Assembly: GCA_051294375.1 (NCBI GenBank)
Contig: JBJCIZ010000028.1
Span: 202,100-266,099, forward strand
From: Paraspadella gotoi
Lineage: Eukaryota > Animalia > Chaetognatha
Direction: 5' to 3'
DNA length: 64,000 nucleotides
In this document: piece by piece, positions 10,237 through 24,853 of the stretch
How the letters are laid out: each line of letters starts with the position of its first letter
Numbering within the stretch: position 1 is the stretch's first letter
The notes under the pieces: model-generated
Database searches by the model: none
The model's input: only the letters and a program-made list of their open reading frames with translations
Told to the model about the DNA's origin: nothing
Position numbers and translations under genes: made by a program

Positions 10237-11249
10237 TTTTAAAGGGTTAAAGATATTCTGAATGAATACAAAGGTTTACAAAAAGGACCGGTAGCGCCGC
10301 TAATGGTCGAGCGGCGGAATTACGCGGAAGAAGAGTTGGGAAAGAAACAAAAGACGGGGAAAGGAACCGATTTGAAACGAAAGATAAGGCAGGAGAGGAT
10401 GAGCCGAGTATAAAAGTGTGTCTTCTGATTCACTTGTAAAGTGTAACGTTCAATCTCAAAAGATTTTTAGACCGAGTCCCGTTTTGTAATAAAAATCGGA
10501 AAAAATAAATTAGCTAATTCTTCGGATTAATTCTTTCGGTCAAAACCGAAGTCGTCTTTCTATAGCACCAATTGGGAAAATGATATATGTTATATGGAGT
10601 AATTAAAACAGATATTAAAATAACAATACTTAAATGCTATAAAGGAAAGAATAACAAATAAAATTTTAGAAGCAAACACGCTCGAAGCAGAAAAAACATA
10701 ATAAATATTTTATAAAACAAATTGTTAAATAATAACCCCAAAATGATAGAATTATAACAATAATAATCAACATTACCGCACGTCCTTAAATCTCGACATT
10801 TTCTTGTCTCCANNNNNNNNNNATTTGGAATCAGCATATTGTCCTCTTTCAAACCCATTCATTTTCCTAAATATTTTAATTAGTTTTAAGACTATGATAT
10901 ATTTTTATAATTTTCAAAAAATATTTTTGGTATTTAAAATAGTTTTTGTAAATTTAATTTTTTTTTATTAAAACTGGTCTTCTTCAAAGTATCATTTTGT
11001 ATAAAAATGGAATTAATTACCTTGCACCTTTTAAGAATACTCTTGAATTTTTTTTTGAGTGATTTAATTTTTAAAACAAAAAAAATAAAATTAATTCAAA
11101 AATTTTATTACATCATTATGTAGGCCTCGTCTCGGAGTATTTATGAGCAAAAAATGATAGGACAAGCTTCATTAATAACCGCGTTAGAGCAAATATTGTA
11201 AAAAAAAATTTTGGGGTGCTGAGCGCAATTTTTTTGAATTTTTAAAAAT

Positions 11250-11450
11250 CCTTCAAACGGGCAATAAACCTAACGTTCCTGCATCTATTACTCAGAGCTG
11301 AGCTGATTTCAACTCCTAGTTTGAGAGATATCCATTCCCTCAACTTTTTCGAGTAAAGAAAACGCGTGCTGTAAGAAATGGAAGGCGAAATTGAGAGAGA
11401 GACATTTTTAAGACGAGGAATCGGAGGAAATAAGGAGAAATGGAATAGAA
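11250..11450 (-). pseudogene. Degenerate variable exon (...TRFLYSKKLREW...ARLKD)
   Basis: Intact upstream element near 11476 and gaaacaaaag near 11540 but decayed coding part; boundaries approximate. Confidence 0.45.
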
Positions 11451-12033
11451 ATCTTTGTACTGCGAAGATGAGAGAGACGGGTAGAGACATCTCGTGGTGG
11501 TTTTAGGCAGTTTTTCCTGACGACGGAATATGTTGGCAGAAACAAAAGATCTCGGGAGAAACGAAATTCGAGAATATTGTTTTAACATCAAAAATATTAA
11601 AAAGCGTACATCATTTCTGATTTCTATAAACGTACACATGTCAATGTAAATAAAAAATAAGCCGAAAGTAAGACAAGGGAATTTCGCTTTAAGGAATAGT
11701 AAGAGTAATTCGAAAGAATGAGAATTGATTCAAAAGTNNNNNNNNNNNNNNNNNNNNNNNNNNNNNNNNNNNNNNNNNNNNNNNNNNNNNNNNNNNNNNN
11801 NNNNNNNNNNNNNNNNNNNNNNNNNNNNNNNNNNNNNNNNNNNNNNNNNNNNNNNNNNNNNNNNNNNNNNNNNNNNNNNNNNNNNNNNNNNNNNNNNNNN
11901 NNNNNNNNNNCTCTCTCTCCCTTCTCTCTCCTCTCTCTCTCTCTCTTTCGTACCCTCCCCGCTAAATTTTTCGCGCTTTGAAAATTGGTTACATTTTCCG
12001 ACAGTTATATTTATACCAATTAAACCATCTGAC

Positions 12034-12266
12034 CTTGGTTCCTTGAATCTGGCCTGTTTCTTCCCTCCAATCGCGATTCCGTGCATCCGATTCTGATCTT
12101 TGTTTCGCATCAACCACATCGGAGCGGAAGAAGACGAACAAGAAAAGGAAACAGACCGACCGACCGTCGTAACATCGGCGAATGTCGACAAGGCGGAGGA
12201 AATTAAGAGTTGAAAAGTCACGAAAAAAGTGAAAAAATGTGAGAAAATAAATGAAGTTAGCGTCAT
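12034..12266 (-). CDS. Variable first exon, intact: MTLTSFIFSHFF...SFSCSSSSAPMW...GIAIGGKKQARFKEPR
   Basis: AG|GTCAGA donor; 233 nt; upstream element 12334. Confidence 0.88.
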
Positions 12267-12459
12267 TTTCGACGTCGGAGGAGAAAGTATTAATGAATCG
12301 GGGAGAGAAGATTGATAGGGAGTGAAAGAAAGCGACCGGTAGAGACGTCGAGCGACGGAATTCGGAAGGAATTGAAAAAAACAAAAGGCAACGGAAGTAG
12401 TAGGTCAAGACGTAGAAAACAGACTGTTGAAAAACAGAGAGTTGAAAAAAGGTAATGGA

Positions 12460-12510
<51 letters not shown>

Positions 12511-12635
12511 GAAGGAATGGAACCGTAGTACTTATTAGGCTTTTGAACAAATTTAGAAAATTCCAGTACATACGACTTATCTAGTTGTGGAAAGCCACAA
12601 ATGAAAATAACTTAAAACGAGAGAAAGATCTGGGA

Positions 12636-12683
<48 letters not shown>

Positions 12684-12750
12684 TCCTGAATAAATAAGAA
12701 CACATTCAGATCCGTCAATGTAGCAATCTTAAACTCCATTTAATTCGTAC

Positions 12751-12974
12751 CTCGGGTTTTTAAACTTCGCCTGCTTCTTGTCGCCCATCGCCATCCCGTG
12801 CATTCGGTTCTGATCTTCGTTTTGCATCATCCAAATTGGATCCGACGACGACGAACAAGAAAATGAAACAGACAGACCGACCGTAGTCACATCGGCGATC
12901 GAAGAAAAGACGGAGGAAATTAAAAATTGAAAAGAAAAGAAAAAAGTCGAGAGAAAAATAGAAATTCGAGTCAT
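12751..12974 (-). CDS. Variable first exon, intact: MTRISIFLSTFF...SFSCSSSSDPIW...GMAMGDKKQAKFKNPR
   Basis: AG|GTACGA donor; 224 nt; upstream element 13054; close paralogue of the previous cassette. Confidence 0.88.
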
Positions 12975-13414
12975 TTTTTTGGTTTTAGAGAAGAAAAACG
13001 AGTTGAATTAAGGAAATCGGAATTCTTGGATGTGATAGAGAATAGAAGAAAGCGACGGGTAGCGACGCCGAACGGCGGAAATGGGAATTAATTGAGGGAA
13101 TAAACAAAAGGCATGGGAGAGAGTGCAGGAAAAAATAACAAATAAATCAATAAATGAACTAAAAAAGTAAGTATATTACATTATTACTCTTTTAACATTA
13201 TTTTCATTAATTTCTTTATTAACATTGCATCGTTAATTAATTATTTTAACATATTTCAATAACGAAAGCCCACCAATAATCAATAATCAAATTCATAGAA
13301 AGACGTATATTAACTAATAACCGAACTAAAAGACGAACGAACAACGAAGGAACGAAGGAACGAACCGACGAACGAATGAAGGAACTAACGAAATAACGAA
13401 CAAAATAAACGAAC

Positions 13415-13688
13415 CTTTGGTCCTTAAATCGCGACTTCCTTTTCGCGCCATAAGCGACGCCCGTCATTCTTTCGCCCGACGATTGTCTCATCCACATCGG
13501 AGTCTCTCTCGATTGACAAGAGAAGTCGACNNNNNNNNNNNNNNNNNNNNNNNNNGTCGACGTTAGGTATTAGCGCGACAGAGAGCGAGACGTCGTCGAC
13601 GAGAGAGATGAGAGACGTCTTCGGCGCCGGACAGAATCGGCGTAAGAAAACGTTGAAGAGGAGAGGAGAAAGAGGAAGCTCTGAACAT
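13415..13688 (-). CDS. Variable exon interrupted by a small gap: ...DFSCQSRETPMWMRQSSGERMTGVAYGAKRKSRFKDQR
   Basis: 3' half intact with AG|GTTCGT donor; 5' half noisy. Confidence 0.65.
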
Positions 13689-16482
13689 AGCTTAGGATGA
13701 GAGAGAGTAGAGAGAGAAGAGATGGAGAGAGAGACTGAGGAGAGAGAGAAGACCTGATGTAATTAGTTTAATTAATAAATTAATAATTAACTAATAACTG
13801 TCGACAGACGAGTGATGTAGTGACCGAAGACGGATTGTTGAAAAGAAAAAAGTTTTTTGGTTGACGAGAAAAATGAAATTCTTTGTCGATAAGCGGATGA
13901 CCTGTGTGGAAAAGAGGAAAAAGACCGGTTAGCGGACGAAAAGAGCGGGAACGAAAGGAATATATTCGAATATAGAGAGAAACAAAAGAGTTGACGATTC
14001 CAGAGTAGGCGGGGATCGCATGAGTTGAGAGCTTTTTTTAAACAATTCAAAATTAAAAATAAAAAACGTAGGATTGAATATGTATTATATATTTATTTAT
14101 AACGAAAGGGCTCCAAAAATAATAAAAGAAATTTAGTCATTCAGTTTTTAAATCATTTTATCATTTTCATCATCGATATAAAAAAAAAGGACATACGCGG
14201 ACGGCAGAAGCATTAGACAGAAAGTCAGACAGACGAACAGGACAGACAATGAGACTGATATGAGAAGCAGGCTGACGGAAAAAAATGGACGGTTTGTTTG
14301 AGCTGCCTCGACTTTCTGGCTGACTTCACGATGGCGACGATTCGTGCGTTTCAAATTGTAGTTTTGTTTATTTACAAATCGAGGTTTTAAACGGTATCAT
14401 AATTAAGTCGATAATACAGTGCCATAAATCATAAAAAAAAAGTCCTTTAAATTATAAAACAATACGGTTCTTAAACAAACGGTCTTAAAACCGTACGACG
14501 TCGCGAGGCAACTACCTCTTGACTTTAAGATTCTATACATTTTCAAAATAATTCGCGGATATCCCGATGTTCACGTTTCTTCGATCGTCTTCATTAATCG
14601 ATTCGTCGTTCTTTTCTCTCGAAACTGGGCAAAGTGAGACGCCGATATCGAATTCAGGGCCGTCGGACGTCGAGCCACTTTTTCGCCTATTACGGTCCAC
14701 TGACATGCGACGCCGACATGAAAGAATACTTTATTGAAAAACATAAAAATTATATTAAAAACAATCAGAAGACTTTTTTTACCTTCTCGTCTTTTAAAAT
14801 CTCACGGTTCTTCTTGTTCCGACTTGCGAGATGAGAAACGGCGACACTTGTCAAAACTGACTGAATTTCTTGATCGCGGTTCCATAATCAGGCGCCGAGT
14901 TGGATCGCAGAGAATTCCGGCGTTCGGCGCCGGAAACGAGTATCTCGTTCCGGAAATCGTTGTTGTTGTTGTGTCGGTTTCGTACGCGATCGAGAGATTC
15001 ACGAGTTGAGAGCGAAAAAATGAGACAAAGAATCGCGACAAAGTGTCAAGAACACATTTTTTTGTTGGAATTTTCGAGGCAAAGTGAAAAAAAGGACAAA
15101 GGAGATAAGGAGACAAGCAATTTTCCAAGAAGCTGACGACTGTGGCGACAGAAGGATGTTAAGAAGATAATGGAATAGGAAAAAGAAAAACTAGCTAACG
15201 CCGCCGCGCGGGATCGAATGAAACTATTAGGTTGCGTGGATTGAGCAAACAAAAGGAACGTCGTGAGATAACTAGAAGATGTCGAATTGAAATTGTCTCT
15301 TAAACAGGATATGTTTTGCTACGGTATTAAATTACGAAAATCCGATGATAACTTGACGGCCGAGATATTAAGTTTGCTAAATTACTGTACATAATAAAAG
15401 GTATAACATGACATCATTAAGCATACGTGGTATAAGACACGCCTTCGAGGTAAGTAAGTAGTAAGTATGCAAGTTACATACAAATGAGCTATTTTACCGT
15501 AGCCACCTACTTTATATTTATCATAGTGGATAAACTTTGTCTCTCTACTAAACAGACCAACCAATTGCAAATAATAACGAGAAGTTACAGGAAAGGAATA
15601 GTCATAATTTCAACATCTTATCTTAAGGAATAATTAATACAATTATTTATATAACTTTAGGTAAATGTTGGCAATTATGGAACTCAGTTATTATTATAAA
15701 GTTATATTTTTTATTGATCAAACTGCAATATGCAGAATTAGAATATTAAATATAATGTCCGTAAGAAGGAAAAAGGAAAAGAAAACAAATTTCAAGGTTT
15801 TATAAATCACCCAAAATTCAAATTACATTTGCATTTATTTGCATGAAAGTGCGTTAACTTCCTAATTTATTATTCGTTGTTCTACCATCATTTATTCTTT
15901 CAATTATCATTTCAAAATAATTACGCGATAGAATGTTTAGAAAGTTAGATTAGCTTTAAAGAGTTCACACGTTACATGCCTTCACGCAAATCTGATATTT
16001 TACGTTTTGATCACGAAATCCCATCATCTTTCTTTCTCCTCACAAGCGAGGCTTTTCATATTTCGATCTCTGATTCGATTCCAAACTGAGCATTCGATGA
16101 AACGCAAGAAAATTGCTATGGATGCGAAGAGTCCGGAGAACGAAACGGAGAAAGTTTCAGGCGATTTCGTGAAGATTAAACGAGGCATATATGCCGAAGA
16201 TGCAGAGAAAGGAGGGGAAGGAACTTTGGGTATCGAAGGTTTAAGAAGCGAGGAAGGATAAACTTGGCGATTTTTCTGTGATTTTTTTATGCTGTTGCAT
16301 AGTTGAATAAAGAAATTTTTGTGGCAGAAATGGGAGAGAAATGGAGAAGGAATAACGCGAAGAGACTAGCAGAGACACCGAGCGTCATGAATGTTGATAT
16401 GAGTAGAAAAAACAAAAGAGCATCTTTCGACGGAACGGTAGAGAGAGGAGAGAGAGAGAGAGAGAGAGTAAGAGAGGTGAGA

Positions 16483-16518
<36 letters not shown>

Positions 16519-17603
16519 AGAATGAGTAGAGAGATGCAGAGGAGAGAGCAGAGGGACGATTGTAAATATTTTTTGCGTTTAAGACAGCTAAAAAAAAATC
16601 TTTTTCTGCTCAAAGTTAGCTAATTCAAAATATATTTCGTAGAAACCCGTAAGAATTTCTAAAATATTCCAACATTTCTCAAAGATTAAAAAATGACAGG
16701 ACAAGAATTAACCGAATAACACGGACAGGACGCGACACAAATTAGCTACGAACGCAAAGACTAACAGACAAGAGAGAAAAAAATTACCTCAGTTAAAGAA
16801 AGGGCAGATAGGCAAACGAATAGACAGACAAGCAATAGGAACAGTCAGGACACACTGAGACAGAGCGATACGAATAGACGTACGGACAGGAGATTAGGAG
16901 CAGCAGACAGACCAATGACCGCACAGACAGGACCCCCCCCCGCATTTCTACCTCTGATCTTTGAATCTGCATCGTCTTCTTATTTCCGACTCCAAAATCT
17001 GATGTTTCGCCTCGACTTTTGAATTCGATACCAAATCGGACGTTCTTCGATGAATCGCGAACGAAATTCCATGATGCAACCGGAAAGCGAGACAGGATTT
17101 CCATCGAAATAGAGAGGTGGAGAAGAGAGCGAAAGAGAGGAGAGAGAAGAAGAGAGGAGGAGCAGGAGGCGAGACCATTGTTTATTTGTGTAGTTTGGTG
17201 GAGTTTTTTTTTTTAGAAAAAATAAAGAGTAGGATGGACGTTTTAAGAGATGGACAATGCGAATGAGAGGGACGAGGAAGAAGCAGGAAAGGATGGGTTA
17301 GAGACGCCGAACGGAAATAGGGAAATGAATAAAGAAAACAAAAGGCTATTCGCCGTTTTTGACTTTGAAGACGAAGAAAAATTTCATTTACATCATATGA
17401 GAAGAGAGGAAAAAAAATGAAAGGATCAGAAATTTAAAAAAAACGTTTAGAACGAAATGTTAACCCCCACGAACTTATCAAAAATAAATTTATGCCACAC
17501 TTTTGAATTTTACTTTAATTTTCATTATTCAATGGTTGCACTAAACAAAAGTAGCGATTGAAAGAAAAACAAATGGACGATGGAGATGAAACAACATATT
17601 AGA

Positions 17604-17641
<38 letters not shown>

Positions 17642-20600
17642 TATTATTGATTATATTATTATTATATTACATATTAGATTATATTAGACAATAATTACGA
17701 AGGACACAACGACAAAATAATTAAAGTCGAATTACATTTTAAATTAATATTGTAGTATCTTTGTCTTTATGCCCGCTCAAAATCAGCATTTTAAATTTAA
17801 ATTTAATTAAAATTGAATTGAACATTCACATTTTCACTTCTTCCTCAAACAAACCTCCACGTAAAAACAAATTCCTTACTTTTATCAAAAATGAAAACAA
17901 AAAAACAAAAACTTGAAAATTCAACATTAAAATTGTCAAAGGAACGAAAGGTACCGGTTATTCCGACAAACAAACATTCGGTTCTAACTGTAAAACTGTT
18001 GCACCTTTCGTTCGTTAAATCTAGATTTCGGTTTCGTTCCAAAGAGCGATTCCCTGCCTAGCTCTTTTGATTGTCTCGGGGTTTCATAACCACATCGGAG
18101 TTCGCGCCGAAGAGCAGGAAATTCGCGACTTTTCGCATCCGAGAAAGCGACTTTCGCTCGTTTGGTTAATGAGTTCGAAAGATGAAGTAAAAATGAGGAA
18201 ATGATGAAGAAATGAATCTTTAAATTCGCCATCTTTGTTTTCGAGAAGGAAAGAAAAGATTCTTGATTGTTCTGTCTCTTTCGGTAAAAGAGCTCCGGTA
18301 TAGATGAGCCCTTGCGGAAATATCTCGTAGCCCAGACCTCAAGCGGCAGAAAACGGCCAGTAACTATTGGACTGTCTTGAATGAAGAGAAAAAAAAGGCT
18401 GGCTTGAAGAATGCATCGACTGCAAATATCGATAAATATTTGTGCTTTAAAAAAACGAAAAAAAATGTTAAGTAGTCGCCCTCACATGGAATGAATAGTG
18501 AATAGTGTGAATACATGCAATCTAAGATGAACATTTGCAATTGGAAAAAAACCAATTCATATTTGAGATGTGACTTTTAATTTGAACTAATTCTTTAGTT
18601 TCGAATTTCTCATTTTTGATAGAAGACAAAAACACGATATACTCTAAAGAAAAAACTAAAAGATTAAACCTTACAATCAATTATATGTCGCGTTGTTTTT
18701 GTCAAAAATAAGCAATGCATCTGATTGCAATAAAAACTTTTTTTTTAAAGTTTAAGCCGAAAAACTCTATTTCAGACGAAAAGATTACTATATGCAAATG
18801 TGCAATTTAAGCCGACAAGATCAAATGACAATTTACCTGAGAGACCATAGAGAGAGAGCAGAGGAGAGACGAGAGAGAGAGAGAGCAGAGATGAGAGAGA
18901 GAGAGTCACAATACCTTTCGTTCTTAACCAGCGACTTTTGAGTTTTTCCCCGCAACGCAATTCCTTGCAACTGATGGTGTTGATTCTTGCCTGCCATCAG
19001 CCCACATGGTGTCTCGCAGAATCGCCCAAAACAACGGGGGGGGGGGGGGACGGCCTTTCGAAAGGCCCCAAGAATCGCGCAATCAGGTCGATGGGCTGGA
19101 AATGCCGAGAGAATAACAATTCGAGGAAAAAAAGAAAAGAAAAAAAACGAGCAGACGATCGGATTCATCATTTTGAGAATGTAATTTAAATAGTTTTCGA
19201 AATATTTATTTAGGAAATATTCGTTTGGCGAAAAAAGAATGTTTCAAATTAGAAATTTTAGGTGCAGAGAGAGAATCAGACGCGATTGGACAAAGCGCAA
19301 ACACGAGCGACGTCGAGCGAACGCAAAAAAGAATTACATTCAAAAACAAAAAGACGTCCCGAGAAGAAAGGCGGGATTCTATAAAATTGTAAAGTTGGCG
19401 CGTGGAAGTTTTTGTAAAACGGTTTCAATAGTTAAAATGCTTGATCAGAGAAATAGAGTTTCATTACATTTGTTTTACTGTTCAAAAGACAACGGCAAAC
19501 AATAAGTTTGATCAAATAATTACGTCAAGTCGCGCAGAAAATAAGTCGTCTTTTAGAAAGGGAAATCTTGATACAGTGTTTTATTAATACGTTTTCTTGG
19601 ATTCAGAATACAAAATCGCAAATTAGTTTTTCAACAAAAAGAAGAATTAAGGAACGGAAAACAGAATTTAGATATGTAGAACCACATAATAAATTGTCAA
19701 GTTTAAATTAAAGTATTACAATCAAAGTGAAGTTTGTCGAGAAGAATTCCGCTATAGTAATACGCTAATGTAATTGTAATTAAAGTAATAAAATCACACC
19801 TTAATTTACCGATCGCTCTTGGACCGCGCCATCTTCGCGGCGCCGATTGCCAGAATGGACCGAAGTTATTCGCGCGCTTGATCCGATTCCAAACCGGAAG
19901 CGAACGCTAGAGACGCAAGAAAAAGACGGCGTCGCCGACTCGTGAGACGCGAGTGGCTTCGACGCGAGAAGCGACGAAGACAGCCGACGAAAGAAGCCGA
20001 CAAAATTGCACAAGACCGACAGAATAAAACCGAAATCATTTTTTTATTTGATTTAAAGGAAGAATCTTGAAAATCAAAAACGACTGAGGAAAGAAAAGAG
20101 AAGAGATATTCGCTAGCCAGAGTAAGAGATTCTCTCTTGGACCGAAACGCCGCTAGAAGACATCGAGCGGAGAAAAGAATTCGCGAATGAGAGAAAGTTA
20201 AAAACAAAAGACGTTCGTCTGTAAAGTCCGTAATACTTTGCTTATCATTGCGATCGGTCGGCCTTGAAGTTAATTTTAATGTAGTTTCTAATTTACAAAC
20301 TACAAATTATAAACAAGTAGGATAAAAGAATGATCAATATAAAGTTTAAAGTTGTTAAAAAAAAGTTATTTGCCGCATCTGATAAAATTAATTCGAATGT
20401 TGCTTCATCCAATTTATATTTTTAAAGAGTTGCAGAGATTATACGAAGGAAAAATGACTCAGATTCTAGTAAACATAACGAGGAATAAATATATAAGGTA
20501 AATGATTAAGAAATAAGAACCAATAACAATAATTATCAACGGAAACCCAAGGGGGGGGCCCCAAAAAATCAAAAAAACAAAAAAACAAAAACAACAACAT

Positions 20601-21801
20601 CACCTTTCGTCGATCGCACGCTCCTTTCGCTCGACCACCGACGCACGCATCGACCGCAAATCATTTTCTGCGAATCTGCTGCACCAAATCGGAATCTCAC
20701 AGGCAGGCAGAGACGCAAGAAAAGTCGCGGTAAGAGCACGGAGTTTTCAAGTTGCCGTCGCGCGCGGAATCGCCGGATTGCGCGGACGGATATAAGGACA
20801 AGCCGTGGTCAGAATGAAGCGACAAACGGAGGCACAAAGTCCGAGAAAAAGGGACAAGGAGAGAAGAGAAAGACATTGTTGAATCGGCGAGGCGAGAGTG
20901 CTTAGAAGAAGGTAGACGGAGAATTCGAGATTAATGGAGAATAAGAGACTAGTAGCGACATCACGAGAGGAAAGCGGCAAGCGTTGCGGAAGAAAAGTTT
21001 AACAAAAGAACAGTCATTTGTGTCAATTTTCTCTATGAAGAAAGAAGGGCAAAGAGGAAAGAAAGAAATACAAATTTTTTTTTAAACCGAAAACAAGCTA
21101 ACAATATCGGCCATTCAAAATAAATAACAAAGTCAAATACAAGACTGCCGAAAATAAAACCTATGAATTGAAATTCAAATAAAAACAAAAGACACTAACG
21201 TTTTTAAAAATCATTAATAAAAGTTATGAACTAAGTTCATAAGAAACTACAAAAAATAAACGTTTCAAGGATCAAATGGGTAAAAAATCATAAAACCGGA
21301 AAAACGTTAAAAAACGAAAAATGTTCAAAGTCAAGCAGAAGCAATAGGTTTTTTTTTTAAAATTTATAATTATAATGTGTTCAAGTAAAAGGGCAAGCGG
21401 ACCAACAATGCATAATTAAAACCTACAATCAACTATATATATATATATATATAAGCCCGAATAAACGAGACGCTAACAAAGAGTCGCTAAAACGAATCAT
21501 AAGGAAAAATTTTGAGGTTTACCCATCATCTGTATTGAAATTTAACGTCAACGCATATCCCGCATTCGTTTGCTCTTTAAATAAATTAAAATACCTCGAT
21601 CACCCAGGTTTGATCATTTCAAATTTATTGACAATACCATTCATACAGTTCACGACAAATAATGTTAACCGTTTCAATGATTTGGTTGAACGCGGAAAAT
21701 CTAAATAGTTGACGAAAAATTACAGTATGTAAATGAGATTAGAATATATTTCGTTTTTTTAAAATAGCCGAATTTTAGGGGGAAGATGACAGAGAGAGAG
21801 A

Positions 21802-21837
<36 letters not shown>

Positions 21838-22451
21838 ATTCACCTCTCATTCACGAATCTTTCCATTTCCTTTTTCACCATGGCCATTGCAACAACTTCG
21901 ACTCCATGTTTCATCCAAACCGGATCAGTTTTCGATTGACAGCAAAATAGACATGACGTCGACGGTCGCTACTTTGTTGAATCTCGGAGGACGAATTCGG
22001 CGGAAAAAAGGGATAACGACGAAACAGCGAGAAAACAAGAAAAAAACATTTCGTTTCCTTTGTTTGTTTCTTCTGTTTCGTCAATTATTGACGGACAATT
22101 TTGAAGCGACGGAATTTATGAAAGGAGACAAGTCCCAAAGAATTGAGACTGGTAGAGACGCTTAGCGAGAAGTAGAAAAACGAAAAATAGACAAAAGGCT
22201 AACGTTCAAAAGCGGTTTTAAAAAAAAAGCAGTAGATTAATGGAAGTAATAGGATCAAACGATAGTGTTTTAGAAGAGACATCTGCTTTAAAATTCTATT
22301 TATGTTGCTTAAACAAAAGCAAAAAATGTTTATTGTTTAAAAGTTTAAATAGGGATTTGATTATCGTTTTCGTCAGAGTAAAACAGCTACCAGTTTGAAC
22401 AAAGAACAACTGACAGAATTTGAAGCAAGATCTTCATGTTAGGAAACTGCA

Positions 22452-22680
22452 AAGCAACACAACACAACTCAACACAACAAAGCAACACACAAAACGCAAC
22501 ACAACAAAGCAACACAACACAACTCAACACAATAAGCAACACAACAAAACGCAACACAACAAAGCAACACAACACAACTCAACACAATAAAGCACACAAC
22601 AAAACGCAACACAACAAAGCAACACAAAACAACTAACACACAACAACCAACAAAACGCAAACACACCACGCAACAACCCG
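22452..22680. repeat. (CAACA/AACAC)n-type minisatellite
   Basis: Direct inspection; the corresponding position in copy B is an N-gap. Confidence 0.85.
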
Positions 22681-23278
22681 TGACAGACAATGTTGTATAC
22701 TTCTTATAAAACCAAGAATCTAATGAATCAATTTAGTTAAGTTTTGACAAAATAACTTGAAAACGTATAGGGTAAATGAATTATCAATCATGCATGAAAA
22801 ACATTGACTAATGCAACGCTTCACAAGACCAAACTATCTTTCTCTTTTACCGACTGTCCTTGAATCGCGCCATCCTATTCCCGCCAATCCAGTTCCACAA
22901 CGAGTCGCCATCTTGGATTCGATTCCAAATCGGAAGATTTTTCGAGTCGCAGAGAATTTCGTTTCTGAGCCGACAACAACGACGACGTCTGCCACGAAGA
23001 CGTCGGTTTACGACAAAAGGAGAAACAAAGAAAGTAAGATTCGATTTCATTTTCGTATTTCAGAGATGAAAAGTGAGTTAAATAGTCAAGGATGGATTCT
23101 TTGGATGTCGTTAGGAAGAAGGAGACCAGTGGAGACGCCGAACGGAGAAAATGGGAAGTAATTAACAACAAAAGATACTTGAATGAGCGAAATAACGATC
23201 CGAGAGGAGAAAATATTCTTGGAAGAAGCATTTATAAGTCATAGTCACAAAAATATAAACACCCGATATTTGTATCAA

Positions 23279-23360
23279 GCTAGGATGCCCGAGTGGTTAA
23301 GCGTTAGACTTAAGTTCTAATGGACAAGTGTCTTCGTGGGTTCGAACCCCACTCCTAGCA
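23279..23360 (+). tRNA. tRNA-Leu(UAA), noisy copy
   Basis: gctaggatg...ttaga-cTTAAgt-tctaa...ggttcgaacc...cctagca; a few differences vs the 37400 copy. Confidence 0.75.
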
Positions 23361-23453
23361 ATCAATTTTTAATCTCAAATCGTTGTTTTGAAACTATTAT
23401 TTCTTAATTTGTTAGAATAAGTAAAAACTAAACAATTAGTTTAATAAGAATCA

Positions 23454-23533
23454 GCTAGGATGGCCGAGTGGTTAGGCGTTAGACTTAAGTTCTAATGGAC
23501 AAGTATCTTCGTGGTTCGACCCCACTCCTAGCA
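23454..23533 (+). tRNA. tRNA-Leu(UAA), noisy copy
   Basis: Same cloverleaf with small deletions. Confidence 0.72.
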
Positions 23534-23679
23534 ACTTGATTTTTGTGTTAAGAACGTCATTTAGTACGCACGTAAGGAGGTGTGATAGCCTTCTCAAATT
23601 AATTTTAGTAATTATAAAAAAAGTATAATTAAACTATAAATGATTTAAATTTTAAAATAAAAAACATAAGCAACATCCC

Positions 23680-23761
23680 GCTAGGATGGCCGAGAGGTTA
23701 AGGCGTTAGACTTAAGTTCTAATGGACAAGTGTCTTCGTGGTTCGAACCCCACTCCTAGCA
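23680..23761 (+). tRNA. tRNA-Leu(UAA)
   Basis: Same cloverleaf, TAA anticodon, long variable arm. Confidence 0.78.
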
Positions 23762-24853
23762 AATTACTTTTAAAGTACAATATGGTTGTTAGAAAGTACA
23801 AAGATGGACGTAGGATGAATTACTTAACGGCCTACTAAATTGATGAATAACCACAGCCCAATAACAAGACAGTCTTGATAGCAAAGATATGCGCGTAACA
23901 ATACTATATACATATCGATAATACCACAAATAGGTTAATAACAAGTTTACCTTTCGTCAGTAAATCTCCGACTTTCTGAACCCGAAAGCCAAAGCACGCA
24001 TATTTTGCGATTTTTGATTCGATTCCAAACTGGGGATGAACTCGATCGCAGTTAAACTTTATCGTCGACCGAATATAGAGATGACATCGACTCGAGATCG
24101 CCGAAACATAATGAAATAGGGAGACGAAAATAGCGAAGGAAATAAACATTGTCTCCTTTGGTTGAGATTTTTTAAAAATTGTTTAGTGAAATAAAGTTTA
24201 AATCTATATTCTTAGAATAAATTTACATCATGTAATGTTTTATTTGGCTGTTATTTTAGGATTTGAGATGAAAGAAAACAATTTTTGGGATTCGTCAGAC
24301 AATCAGATTTTTTATATCAGCAAGAAACAGAGAAAAAGAACCGATGGTGACGCCAAGCGGGAAAATCGAATACGAGGCGGAAAACAAAGACAGGGACGAA
24401 ACTTGACTTGAATGAAAGAGAACCCTCAGGCTGGGTTACGGTATAACAGAAGTTTAAAAAGGGAAAATTTGGATTGTATTAAATATTTTTTTTTAATATA
24501 GTAAGCTATGAGTAAGTAAGGAAGTAAGAAGAGAGAAAGAGAAACAAAATAAGATTTTACTGTGATAATTGTTGTTATTGTGTATATTTGCATTCTGTAT
24601 CATTAACTTTATATGAATAAAAGACCTCATAATTCTAAGGACAAAAGAACCCAGAAAATAGAAATAATTTCTTACTGCAAAGAAACAAAACAGTAAACAA
24701 GGAACTGTAGTGACTCAATGATCGATGCGCGATCATTGCTGACGATCCACTGACAGACCGTCTTTTTTCAGAAAATAAATTTCTCACTTTTTCTCTTATA
24801 CTCGCTTCACTCGCTCTCTCTCTCTCACTCTCTCTCTCTCTCTCTCTCATAAC

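Larger units (their letters stand above)
14800..24149 (-). pseudogene. Ten frameshifted duplicates of variable exons in copy A: ~14800-15057, ~16003-16271, 16952-17178, 18005-18232, 18915-19171, 19810-20039, 20604-20876, 21844-22049, 22851-23050, 23951-24149
   Basis: Each matches a cassette in copy B but with multiple 1-nt indels; probably uncorrected read error rather than true pseudogenes. Confidence 0.65.
13840..24590. repeat. Copy A of an ~11-kb tandem duplication (copy B ~25040-35690)
   Basis: Colinear near-identity including spacers, tRNAs and microsatellites; differences are mostly scattered single-base indels. Confidence 0.9.
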
